From an uncultured delta proteobacterium (GTDB lineage Bacteria > Myxococcota > Kuafuiibacteriia > Kuafuiibacteriales > Kuafuiibacteriaceae): DNA of 64,000 nucleotides. The notes beneath the pieces were generated by a model. That model was not told the DNA's origin and made no database searches. It was given only the letters and a program-made list of their open reading frames with translations. Both the position numbers and the translations under genes were made by a program. This document shows positions 22,219 through 32,463 of this stretch, piece after piece. How positions within the stretch are numbered: position 1 is the first letter of the stretch; the number at the start of each line of letters is the position of its first letter. The stretch spans positions 1,856,001 to 1,920,000 of the forward strand of contig CAWDML010000001.1 in NCBI GenBank assembly GCA_963803435.1, written 5' to 3'.

Positions 22219-22809
22219 ATGTCTAGCGCCTCCACCGACTACACGCAGCTGCTGAAACAAACCTGGGGAGCGATCATCCAGAAACAGAACCTGATCGTGA
22301 CCCTCCTCGGCGCGGCCGTGCTGACCCTGGTCGGCTCCGTGACGCTGGGGATCCTGTCGGGTCCGCTCTTCCTGGGTTACGCGGCCGCGTGCCTCAAGAT
22401 CAGCCGGGGACAGGAGGTGGCCATCGACGATCTCTGGAGCGGCTTCTCGCGGCTGGTCCCGGCGATCGTCACGTCGCTGATCATCGGTGTGGCCAGCGTC
22501 GTCGGCATGATCTTCTGCCTGGTGCCCGGGCTCATCGTCCTGTTCCTCTGCACCTTCGTCTTCCACTTCATGGTCGACGATCCAGCGCTCTCGGGGATGG
22601 ACGCGATCAAGAAGAGCGCCGCCATGGTGAAGGCGAACATCGCCGACGTCGCGGTGATCTGGGTGGTCGGCCTCCTCCTCAACGCCGTCCTCTCGGTATC
22701 GGTGGTGGGCGTGGTCGCCGGCATGGCCTTCGCGATGCTGATGTCCGGGTTCCTGTACGACGAAATCCGCCGCCGCTCGGGCGAGGCCCCCACGACCACT
22801 ACGCTGTGA
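22219..22809 (+). CDS. Integral membrane protein (DUF975-like)
   Basis: Several TM helices; GPLFLG, IFCLVPG and MDAIKKS patterns. Confidence 0.75.
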   Translation: MSSASTDYTQLLKQTWGAIIQKQNLIVTLLGAAVLTLVGSVTLGILSGPLFLGYAAACLKISRGQEVAIDDLWSGFSRLVPAIVTSLIIGVASVVGMIFCLVPGLIVLFLCTFVFHFMVDDPALSGMDAIKKSAAMVKANIADVAVIWVVGLLLNAVLSVSVVGVVAGMAFAMLMSGFLYDEIRRRSGEAPTTTTL

Positions 22810-22836
22810 CGTCCTGACATGTTATGGCGGGGCACG

Positions 22837-23145
22837 ATGTCCCGCCGCCCCCGCATCGATCTCGACGGCATCCCGCTCACCGACGAGAACAATCCGTACA
22901 TGCCGCTCTGCATCCTCCGTCACCGCAGCACCGAGGGCCTGGTGCTCCTGATCCCGGAGAGCGCCGAGGTCCTGGTGAAGTGGGACGACCTGGAAGAGAC
23001 CACGATCAGCCTGGCGGACGGCACCGTGCGCGTCCGCTTCTCGGAGGCCTACGTCGCCGATCAGAACTGGCTCCGCGGGGCCCGGACCATCGTGGGCTAC
23101 TGGCTCGATCGCTACATGTGGGGTGTGGCGGGCGAAGCGTCGTAG
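22837..23145 (+). CDS. Hypothetical protein
   Basis: Short ORF with good codon bias, filling the gap in an operon. Confidence 0.6.
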   Translation: MSRRPRIDLDGIPLTDENNPYMPLCILRHRSTEGLVLLIPESAEVLVKWDDLEETTISLADGTVRVRFSEAYVADQNWLRGARTIVGYWLDRYMWGVAGEAS

Positions 23146-23164
23146 CGCATATACTCCGCGCCCG

Positions 23165-24178
23165 ATGGCGAGCACCACGACCACGACGTACGGCACCACG
23201 CTCACCCAGCACATCCTCAAGAAGCAGAGCGACCACCCCGAAGCCACCGGCGAGCTCTCGGCGCTGTTCACCCAGATCGGCGTGGCGGGGAAGATGATCC
23301 AGGCGCAGGTCCGCCGGGCCGGCCTGATCGAGATCTGGGGCTCGACCGGCGACACCAACGTCCAGGGCGAGACGGTGCAGCTCCTCGATCGCATCGCCCA
23401 GGACACGTTCGTCAACGTGCTGCGCAGCTCGGGCAGCGTGGCGGCGATGGCGTCGGAGGAGGAGCACGAGATCATCGAAGTGCCGAACCACATGGCTGGC
23501 AACTACGTGGTGCTCTTCGATCCGCTCGACGGCTCCAGCAACATCGACGCGAACGTCACCATCGGGACCATCTTCGCCATCTATCGGAGGAGCGATCCCA
23601 AGGAGGTCTTCCGCCGCGACATCCTCCGGCCAGGCCGCGAGATGGTCGCCTCGGGTTACATCCTCTACGGCTCGTCGACGGTGCTGGTGTACACCGACGG
23701 CGAGAGCGTCGACGCCTTCACGCTCGATCCCGGGGCGGGCGAGTACTTCCTCACCCGGCAGAACCTGAGGATGCCAACGAAGACGAAGATCCTCTCCATC
23801 AACGAGTGTAACGAACCCTATTGGCCGGCGTGGGTGCGCCCGTACGTCGAGTCGATCAAGGCGCGCAACGATCTCGACAAGCGCCGTGTGTCCTCGCGGC
23901 ACATCGGATCGCTCGTCGCCGACTTCCACCGCAACCTCATCTATGGCGGCATCTTCCTGTATCCGGCCGACGCCCGCACCGGACAGGGCAAGCTCCGCGT
24001 GCTGTACGAGTGCAACCCGCTGGCCTTCATCTGCGAGGTCGCCGGCGGCGCGGCCTCCACCGGCACCGGCCGCATCCTCGAGATCGATCCGAAGGGCCTC
24101 CACGATCGATGCAGCCTGATCATCGGGCCGAAGGACGAGGTGGCACAGGTCGAGAAGTTCGTGAAGCAGTACGCGTGA
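23165..24178 (+). CDS. fbp: Class 1 fructose-1,6-bisphosphatase
   Basis: NVQGE, ASEE, FDPLDGSSNID, YGS, GSLVADFHR, GGIFLYP, KLRVLYECNP. Confidence 0.96.
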   Translation: MASTTTTTYGTTLTQHILKKQSDHPEATGELSALFTQIGVAGKMIQAQVRRAGLIEIWGSTGDTNVQGETVQLLDRIAQDTFVNVLRSSGSVAAMASEEEHEIIEVPNHMAGNYVVLFDPLDGSSNIDANVTIGTIFAIYRRSDPKEVFRRDILRPGREMVASGYILYGSSTVLVYTDGESVDAFTLDPGAGEYFLTRQNLRMPTKTKILSINECNEPYWPAWVRPYVESIKARNDLDKRRVSSRHIGSLVADFHRNLIYGGIFLYPADARTGQGKLRVLYECNPLAFICEVAGGAASTGTGRILEIDPKGLHDRCSLIIGPKDEVAQVEKFVKQYA

Positions 24179-24843
24179 TCCCGCCCGCCGACGAGGACGA
24201 GCTACTCGAGCACGCCCGGGCGCTCGCAGGCTTCACGCTCGAGGCGGTGGCGGAGCGTCTCGGCGCCGAAGTCCCGCGAGCGCTTTCGCGCGCGAAGGGC
24301 TGGGTGGGCCGGCTGCTCGAGGACGCCCTGGGCGCCACCGCCGCCTCCCGTCCGATCCCCGACTTTCCACACGTGGGCGTGGAGCTGAAGACCATCCCGA
24401 TCGATGCGCGCGGCGAACCGCGTGAATCGACCTACGTCTGTACCGTCCGGCTCACCCGCGGGGGCACCGAGTGGAAAGACTCGGACGTCCGGAAGAAGCT
24501 GCGCCGGGTCCTGTGGATCCCGGTCGAGGCGGAGCCGTCGATCCCCATCCCGAAGCGCAAGATCGGCAGCCCCCTCCTGTGGAGCCCGAACGACGAGGAG
24601 GAGGCCGTCCTGCGCGCCGACTGGGAGGAGCTCCTCCAGCTGATCGAGGCCGGCTGGGTCGAGTCCATCACCGCCGAACGCGGGCGCTGGCTCCAGATCC
24701 GGCCCAAGGCCGCCCGCGCCAGCGCGCGCACGTGGGGCACCGACGACGAGGGGGATCCAATCCGCACTCTCCCCCGCGGCTTCTACCTCCGGCGCACCTT
24801 CACCCGGGCGCTGCTGCTCTCACATTTCGTCCACGCCCGGTAG
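24175..24843 (+). CDS. mutH: DNA mismatch repair endonuclease MutH
   Basis: KGWVGRLLE..LGATAASRP.PDF...GVELKTIP...ESTYVC, W..S.V..KL..VLW.P, DWEEL, LQIRPKAA, PRGFYLR. GTG start overlaps the fbp stop. Confidence 0.92.
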   Translation: MIPPADEDELLEHARALAGFTLEAVAERLGAEVPRALSRAKGWVGRLLEDALGATAASRPIPDFPHVGVELKTIPIDARGEPRESTYVCTVRLTRGGTEWKDSDVRKKLRRVLWIPVEAEPSIPIPKRKIGSPLLWSPNDEEEAVLRADWEELLQLIEAGWVESITAERGRWLQIRPKAARASARTWGTDDEGDPIRTLPRGFYLRRTFTRALLLSHFVHAR

Positions 24844-24861
24844 CGATAGTAGTATGGCGGG

Positions 24862-25974
24862 GTGGCCGCCAAGCGGGTCCTCCTCAGGGTCAAGGCCGAG
24901 ATCGACTGTCCGCTGTTTCGGGCCGGCGACCAGATGGTGCTCGAGGCGCCGCGCGTCGATCACTCGAGCTCCACCGACGTCTGCGCGTTCGCGGTCGCCA
25001 GCTACCTGGCGGAGTTCGGCCCCGACCATTGCGCGACGGACGGGGTCGGTGAGCGCCGCGGCGAGTTTCGCTGCCCGCGCGCGTCGAATCCGGTCGTGTT
25101 CGAGGTCGAGGAGGTGGAGCCGCGCTACGTCCCGCAGCCGGTCCTCTCGAACCTGCGCGAGAACATCCCGGCGGCAGTGGCGCACCTTAGAACCATCCCG
25201 ATCTTCCGGGCGCTGCCCGCTGCGTTCCTGGCCCAGCTCGCGCATCGCATCCGCATCGAGGGCTATCGCGACGGCGACATCGTGGTCCAGCGAGGGTACC
25301 CGGGCGAGGCGCTCTACGTGGTGCACTCGGGCGTGCTGGAGGTCGTCGGCTACGCGGATCACGATGTCTCCTCGGTGGTCACGCGGCTCAAGTCCAAGGA
25401 CTGCTTCGGCGAGGTGTCGCTCTTGACCGGTGCACCGGCCGCCGCCTCCGTGGTGGCGCGCGGGCCGGTCATGCTCCTCGCGATCGCGAAGGACGACTTC
25501 GAGTCGATGCTGCGCGAGAACCCGTTCATGGCGGCCCGCTTCACCCGGCTGCTCGCCTCCCGGTTGATGGCCGCGAACTTCCTGCTGGTGCGCGAGGGCT
25601 CCAAGTCCTTCTCAGGCAAGCTCTCGGTGATGAGCCTGGTGACCGTGCTGCAGGTCCTCTCCGACTCGAACCGATCAGGCACGCTGGTGGTCGACCGGGA
25701 CGGCATGAAGGCCACCATCGGCTTCAACAATGGCCACGTCTTCGAGGTCGAGCTCGGTGGAGTGGAGGGGGAGGAGGCGCTCTACCAGATGCTTTCGTGG
25801 GAGGACGGCGAGTTCTACCTGGATCCCGCCCAGGTCCCGCTCGACGATCGCGTGCAGAGCGGCGTGATGGGCCTCCTGATGGAGGGCATGCGGCGGCTCG
25901 ACGAGGCGCGGCGCGCGCAGGGCCTGCTCGGCGAAGAGGAGCCGATCCTCATGCTCTCGGGCGACATCATCTGA
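24862..25974 (+). CDS. Cyclic-nucleotide-binding domain plus DUF4388 protein with a Cys-rich (TIGR04076-like) N-terminus
   Basis: IVVQRGYPGEALYVVHSG...FGEVSLL (cNMP); FSGKLSVMSL...SG.L...GEEALY..LSWEDGEF...LLMEGMRRLDE (DUF4388). Confidence 0.85.
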   Translation: MAAKRVLLRVKAEIDCPLFRAGDQMVLEAPRVDHSSSTDVCAFAVASYLAEFGPDHCATDGVGERRGEFRCPRASNPVVFEVEEVEPRYVPQPVLSNLRENIPAAVAHLRTIPIFRALPAAFLAQLAHRIRIEGYRDGDIVVQRGYPGEALYVVHSGVLEVVGYADHDVSSVVTRLKSKDCFGEVSLLTGAPAAASVVARGPVMLLAIAKDDFESMLRENPFMAARFTRLLASRLMAANFLLVREGSKSFSGKLSVMSLVTVLQVLSDSNRSGTLVVDRDGMKATIGFNNGHVFEVELGGVEGEEALYQMLSWEDGEFYLDPAQVPLDDRVQSGVMGLLMEGMRRLDEARRAQGLLGEEEPILMLSGDII

Positions 25975-26986
25975 CCTCGTAGCGGCTGCGGACGTTGGGG
26001 ACCAGATAGCCTTCGAACGTCCGCGCGAGATCGTACTCGGGCGCGAAGCCCCAGTCGCGGCGGGCGGCGCTGTCGTCGATCCGGCGGGGCCAGGAGTCGA
26101 CGATCGCCTGCCGCTTGAGGTCGGGCTCGAACGAGATCTGCGCCTTCGGGAAGGCGCCGCGCACCAGCTCCGCCATCTCACCCGCGTTCAGGTCGAGCGA
26201 TCCGATGTTGTAGACGTGCGACGTCAACTTCTCTTGCGGCGCCTGCATCAGCTCGAGGAGCGCATCGATCGCGTCCGGCATTGCCATGAACGGGATCCGG
26301 GTGTCGGGCCGGACGAAGCAGGCATACGGTTGCCCCTTGGCCGCGGCGTGCACCATCTCGGGGAAGTAGTCGCTGGTGCCGCCCGACGGGAGCGTGAACG
26401 CCGAGATGAGGCCTGGAAAACGGATGCTCCGGAAGTCGACACCGAAGTGATCCTCGTTCACCGCGAGCTGGCGGTAGTGCCGGGCGTAGTAGCGCCCGAG
26501 ATGCTCGCAGTACAGCTTGTTGCAGCCGTACATGGTGGTGGGCATGCAGTGCTCGCCCTCGGAGACCCGGTGATCCGGGTCGAGGTCGCGCGGCACGCCG
26601 TAGACCGCGATCGAGCTGGGAAACAGGAACTTGACCCGGGCGCCGTGCCACCGCGACTGCTCGACCGCCAGCCTGAGCAGGTTGAGCGTGCCACGGACGT
26701 TCACCTCGTGAGCGGTCTCGGGAGTGAACTCGGCGCGCGTCGACAGGAGCGCCGCCAGGTGGAAGATGGCGTGGATCTCGAACTCGCTCACCAGACGCTC
26801 CAGCAGGCGCTGATCGAGGATGTCGCCCACAATCCGGGCCCGGCAGAGCGAACCGATCTCGTCGTCGACGTCCTTGATGTCGAGGGCGAGGAGGTCGTAG
26901 CCGCTGGTCTCGTGGAGGGCGTGGATCAGACCGTGGCCCATCTCTCCGTTGGCGCCGGTGATGAGGACGACCGGTTTGCGGGACAC
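25967..26986 (-). CDS. NAD-dependent epimerase/dehydratase, SDR-type L-threonine 3-dehydrogenase-like
   Basis: ITGANGEMG, FHLAALLS, PSSIAVYG, YGCNK, PSGGTSDY, DSWP. Confidence 0.88.
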   Translation of the reverse strand: MSRKPVVLITGANGEMGHGLIHALHETSGYDLLALDIKDVDDEIGSLCRARIVGDILDQRLLERLVSEFEIHAIFHLAALLSTRAEFTPETAHEVNVRGTLNLLRLAVEQSRWHGARVKFLFPSSIAVYGVPRDLDPDHRVSEGEHCMPTTMYGCNKLYCEHLGRYYARHYRQLAVNEDHFGVDFRSIRFPGLISAFTLPSGGTSDYFPEMVHAAAKGQPYACFVRPDTRIPFMAMPDAIDALLELMQAPQEKLTSHVYNIGSLDLNAGEMAELVRGAFPKAQISFEPDLKRQAIVDSWPRRIDDSAARRDWGFAPEYDLARTFEGYLVPNVRSRYEVR

Positions 26987-27023
26987 CTGGGCAGTCTGTG
27001 GTCGGTCTCCCGGGCTGTAAAGC

Positions 27024-28250
27024 TCATTCGTCGGAGAGGCCCAGCTCTCCGACCCCGTCGATGACGCTGACACCCCCGACCGGCGCGGCCTCCACCACCG
27101 ACAACCGCCCCCCGTCCGGCGCCCCCAGACGCTCCCGGATCTGCCGGATCGCCTCCGCGGTCGCGTCGCGCAGGCCCATCACCTCGAGCAGCTCCAGGTG
27201 ATCGTGGATGACGCCGAGCGTCCTGCGATCCCCGAGCCGCGCCAGCGCCGCCAAGGTCTCCCGCTGCGCACCCTCGAACCCGAGCAGGTGCTCCAGCCCG
27301 TGGACGGCGCGCTCACCGCCGATCGAGGAGAGCGTCCGCACCAGATCGATCGCGGTACCGCCGTGCTGGACGTGCTGGGCGATCTCGAGCAGCCGCTCGG
27401 GCGCCTCCGCGGGCGGAAAGTCCGCGAGCAGCCGGATGGCGGCTCGGCGCGACAAGCTCGGTGAGCCAGCGAGGATCTTGAGCGCGATCTCCTGCGCGTC
27501 CGCCGCGTCGAGGAACGGCTGAAGACGGATGAGCGCCTCGGCGCGCACGCTGTCGTACGCATGATCCACCTCGATGAGGCGGCGGAGCAACGCCGACTGC
27601 CGCTCACCCTCGAGATGGCGCGCCGCGGCCAGCTCGAGGACCGGCTCCTCGGACGCCGCGCAGAGCTCGAGGAGCTCGCGAGTGCACGCGTGGTGCGGGT
27701 GCATCACCGCGAGCAGGGCCAGTATCTTCTCCTGCTCGAAGAGCACCTCCGCGGTGTGGAAGGTCGCGACCAGCGCATCGGGTCGGACCGCGGCGGCGAC
27801 CCGGACGAGAAGCGCCAGCACGTCGGTGGCCGCCTGATGGATCTCGTGCGCGTCACCGCGCGAGCGGAGCGCGACCTCGGCCGTACCGCCGTGGACGCAG
27901 AGATGGAGGTCGTCCCGGATCGCCGGATGCGCGCCGGGAAAGATCGTGACGAGCTTGCCGTCGACGTGGCTCCAGACCTTGCCCGTCCTCAGGTTTGCGT
28001 TGAAGGTCCAGGAGGGATCGAGCAGCCCCGAGGTCTCGATCCGCATGTTGCACTCGGCGCGCTCGAGGCCGCGGACGACGGCCGCGCGCACCACGTGTCC
28101 GTCGATCCGGCCTTCGATGTTCCAGAGGCCCGGCGAGATCTGGGTCTCCTCGTAGTCCGTCCAGGCGGGGAGCGGCGCGCGGCGAGTGCGGGACCACGCC
28201 ACGCCGACCGACACCAGGACCGCCCCGGCGACCGCGAAGAGCAGGTCCAC
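27024..28250 (-). CDS. Membrane-anchored HEAT-repeat protein
   Basis: N-terminal TM helix; Leu/Ala-rich helical repeats (VRAEAL, ALARLGD) and a GGRLS tail. Confidence 0.7.
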   Translation of the reverse strand: MDLLFAVAGAVLVSVGVAWSRTRRAPLPAWTDYEETQISPGLWNIEGRIDGHVVRAAVVRGLERAECNMRIETSGLLDPSWTFNANLRTGKVWSHVDGKLVTIFPGAHPAIRDDLHLCVHGGTAEVALRSRGDAHEIHQAATDVLALLVRVAAAVRPDALVATFHTAEVLFEQEKILALLAVMHPHHACTRELLELCAASEEPVLELAAARHLEGERQSALLRRLIEVDHAYDSVRAEALIRLQPFLDAADAQEIALKILAGSPSLSRRAAIRLLADFPPAEAPERLLEIAQHVQHGGTAIDLVRTLSSIGGERAVHGLEHLLGFEGAQRETLAALARLGDRRTLGVIHDHLELLEVMGLRDATAEAIRQIRERLGAPDGGRLSVVEAAPVGGVSVIDGVGELGLSDE

Positions 28251-28283
28251 GTCCTGAATTCTCCGAGAGGCGGACGGCGAAGG

Positions 28284-31200
28284 TCAAAAGCGCTTGGTCC
28301 AGAAGAGATCGAGCCCTTGCGTCTTCTCGCCAAAACGCCCCTCGACCATCCAGCCGGGGAGGATGCGGTAACGCAGGATGCCCTCGGAGAGGTTCTCGTC
28401 CTCGCGCGCGCCGAAATGGTGATCGTACCCGAGGAACAGCTCCCGCGTGATCCACTTGCCGAGTGAGAACCTGGGCGAGAGGCGCTCGTCGAGGTCGAAC
28501 GAGATCGTGTCGAGCCACAGGTCCTGCCCGAGGCCAGAGCGAATCGCACCCACGACGTAGCCGGTGGCGGCGCCGGCCGCCTTGTTCTCGAGCGGACCAC
28601 CGCCGCTCGGATCGTCCGGATCCGCGCCCAGCACGATCCCGAGCAGCGCGGCCTGGTCGTAGGTGGCTGGGCTCGACTCGAAGCGGACATCGGGGTGATC
28701 GGGCGTGCCCGTCACGAAGATCGAAACGACCACCGTCTCGAACTCGTGGACGAGGAGCACGTCGATGACCGGGCGGGGGGGAGCACTACCGTCGAGATCG
28801 ATCCGCGCGCGCTCGACCCGCCAGGACCGGCCGCCGATCTGAATGTCGCCTTCACTGATCGAGACCTTACCGAACGCGTGCTCGGCGACGAGGCGGAGAT
28901 CAGCCTCGACACGCGCGGTGAGGTCCTTGCTCTTCACCGGGAGCGGCCGCGCCGTACGCACGGTGATCTCGGTGCTCGTGGTCCGAGGCGGCGCCTCGAC
29001 GTCCTGCTTCCGCGGTCGTGCGCGCACACCACGCGGATCGACGAACTCCACGTCGTCGAGGTCTTCGATCTGGTGGAGGAGATGCGCCTCCTGCTCTGCA
29101 ACCTCGATCTCACCGTCGGAGATGGACACCGCGATCTGGGTCGCCGAGTCGGTGATGATGCCGCCGATCGCCGCCGTCAGATCCAGCGCCACCATCGTCT
29201 TGCCGAGCGCGAGCGGGAGGTGGTCGGTGGTCAGCGTTCCGGAGAGGTCGAGCCCCCTCGGGCTGCGTCCGGCCGAGAGGCGGGCCGACAGCCGACCTCG
29301 GCCCGAGGCGGCGCCGGCCTCGACGTCGATCTGGTGGTCGGCCGCCTTCACCGCGACGGACAGCGCGCTGAGCGTGACGAGGGGCGGCGGCGGGATCAGC
29401 GTTCCGTCCGCGAGCGACAGCCCGCCCGAGGCCGAGAGAATCCTCCGGGGTCCCCGACAGAGACAGGCTCGCGTCCAGGCGACCGCCGACGCCCACGTCC
29501 GCGCGCTCGGGGACCACGTCGTTCAGGAAGTCGATCGAGAACCGCGAGGCCTCCACGCCGAGCTCGATGCGGCGGCTCGCGAGCGCCATCTTCGAGCGGA
29601 CGTGCAGCGAACCGCCGGTCCCCTGCGCCAGGTCGAGGTTCGCCGAGACCAGACCGGGCGCGTAGCTCGCCTCGACGTCCAGCCGAGGAAAGTCCATCGC
29701 GCCGATCCTCGCCCCGCTCCCCGCCAGGACAACCGCGGCGCGGGGTGCGGACAGGGTCCCCGCCACCGTCGCGGTGCCCGCCACCACCCCGGCGAAGGCG
29801 TCCGGGCGCTCGACGAGCTCCGACAGCGGCGCCAGCGGCAGCCCCGGCAATCGCACGGTTCCGGCGAGCTTCGCGCGCTGCACGATCGGCGCGCCCTCGA
29901 GCAGGTCACCGACGCCCGCGCCCAGCGTGAGGTCGGCCGCCAGCGCGCTGATGCCCTCCCGCTCGATGACGCCGACCAGATGGGTGCGCCGCTGGTAGGC
30001 CTCCATCTCGAGCGCCACCCGCAGGGTCTCGTCGAGACCGGCCAGCCGCAGGTCGGGCGCTTCGAGGCGGACCGAGATCCGATCCAGCCCCGCCGAGGCG
30101 TGGGCCTCGAGCGTGCCGTGCCCCGCGAGAGACGGCGCCAGCCCTACGAGACGCGCGGCGCCGGCGAGATCGATCGGATCGATCACCAGCACGGCCCGCT
30201 CGAGCGCACGGTGATCGATTCGATCCCAGGATCCGGGATCGCGCGGGATCGACGCCGAGGCGGTGAGCACGGCCGGGAGCGCTCCAGCAGCGAGCTCGGC
30301 CCTCGCCTCGATCCGAAAGCGATCGCCCGCAGGCCGCACCCGTGCGCTGATCGAAGCGGTCCCGGTGAGCGCCAGCCGCGGCCCACCCAGCGCCGCGAGC
30401 TGCTCCGCGGCGCCCGCCAGATCGATCGTCGCCGCCGTGATCTGGACGCGCTCGACCGAGTCGGTGGTCCACCGGGTCGGATCGTCCGGCACCGCCGACT
30501 CGAGCTCGGCTGCGAGCCGCGCCACCGTCGACGTCAACGCGATCCGCCCGATCAGACCGCGCGCGAGCGTGAGCCTCACGGTGCCGTCGACGGGAGCCGT
30601 GCCTCGAACGACGAGGCGCGCGACCGAGAGCTCGGCCGTGACGTTGCGCTGCGGACCCAAGGCACCTGCGATCGAGAACCGAGCCCGGCCCTTCATCCGG
30701 ACCGGATGCGGCAGCAGCCGAGCGACCTCGGAGAGCGACAGCTCCTCGGTCTTCAGCTCGATCGACCCCGAACCGGTGAGCGGGGCGGCCGGATCCAGCT
30801 TCGCCTCCGCGGTCATCCCGCCGGCCGGTGTCACCACGCGCGTCGCGATCGCGAACGATCCCGGCTGAAACCGCACCGACGCGGGCGCGGCCGAGATCCG
30901 GGCGTCCCGGTAGAGAAGCTCGGCGCGGGCGAGCTGGAGGCTCGCGCCACCTCGGGAGACCTGCAGGTTGCCTTGCATGTCGACCGAAGCGATCGGATCG
31001 CCGCGCCCCCCCTCGATCGCGAGCGTGCCAGTGCCCTGCGGGTCGAGCGCGACGTCCGCGCGGGCGAACGCGAAGCGCTGCGACGCGATCCGGATCGTCG
31101 TCGCGTGAAGCGAGACCCGGCCCCGGGGCGTGCTCGGGACGCCCGCCAGATCGAGCGTGCTCTCGACGCCCGCGATCGCGAGCTCGGGGTACGACAGGCC

Positions 31201-32463
31201 CCGCAGCTGGAGCTGCCCGCGCACGCGCAGCGCGTCGAGCGGGCCCGAGACCAGCAACTTCGTCGAGAGCGCACCGTCCAGGGGGAGATCGGGCGGCAGG
31301 AACGGCTGGAGCGACCCGAGCCGCGCCGAGACCCGCGTCGCCTCGAGCGCCGGCGGGTCCACCTGGAGGGAACCGTCAGCCTCCGCCCGATCGCCGCTCG
31401 CGGATTCGAGCGCTCCCGCGAACTCGACCCGCCCTCCGGCGAGGGTCGCGGTGGCCGCCAGACGGAGGCCGGGGAGCACCGCGGCGGTCGCGGTGAGCGT
31501 ACCCGAACCGTGGACACCCAGCGCGATCCGGTCGCTCCGCAGGTGCGCCGTCGCGACCAGGTCGAGCCGGCCGCGCGGCGCGCGCAGGTACACGCCGTGG
31601 GGATCGATCCCTGATGCGGACAGGCGCGCGAAGACGGTGGAGAAGTCTCCCGCGGCGGTCGTGGTCAGCGAGAACGGAGCGCCCGCGAGCCGGCCGTCCG
31701 CGTGCGCCGTCCACGCCGACAGCGGCCGGTGCTCCGCGGAGAGATCGGCCTCGAGGTCGGCGGCCAGCGCCGGATCGGAGGCCAACCGCGACAGGAGCGC
31801 GGCCGGCGCTGTGAGATGGAGCGACGTCGCGAGCGCGAGGGTGGTCGGGGAGAGGACGGTGCGCGGGGCGGTCAGCCGGGCGCCCGAGGTCTCGATCGCG
31901 AGGCCGGTGAGCTCGAGCCCTCCCTCTCCGAGAGACATCGCGAGCGACATCCCGAGGCCCTCGATCCAAGGCGACCCGTCGAGGGCGAAGCTGCCCTCCG
32001 CGACGCGGATCGATCCGATCGAGAAGGCGGGCGGCGGACCCGGCTGGGGAGGCTCGGGCTCTGCGGGGCTCGTGACGATCAGCGCCGCCAGGTTGAGCCC
32101 CGCCGAGCTGGTGAAGGCGAGGACCGCCGGCCGCTCGATCTCGAGCGCATCGAGGTGCCGATCCCAGAGCAAGCGCACCAGCGAGTAGTGCGCCCGCACC
32201 GATCGGATCGTGATGGCCGGCCGCCCCTCGCGATCGGTCAGCTCGATCCCGCGGACGATCAGCTCGGAGGTGAGGTCGCCCTCGATCCGCTCGATCCGCA
32301 GCTCTCCTGCGAGTAGCGCCCGCGTACGCTCGACGACCTCCCGCGTGAGGCGCGCGCGACCGGCATCGCTCGAGAGGTACGCGATGGTGCCCAGCGCCGC
32401 GACCCCGGCCAAGGCGATCGCGAGCCCTACGCCCAGCGCGAGCCGGCGGAGACGCCGCCTCAG
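28284..32463 (-). CDS. tamB: Translocation/assembly module TamB, +1 frameshift at about 29440 (GAATC)
   Basis: N-terminal TM, long beta-taco repeats, C-terminal DUF490-like VTGTPDHP.V.F.SSP...GKWIT...DLFWTKRF; directly downstream of tamA. Start codon uncertain. Confidence 0.82.
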
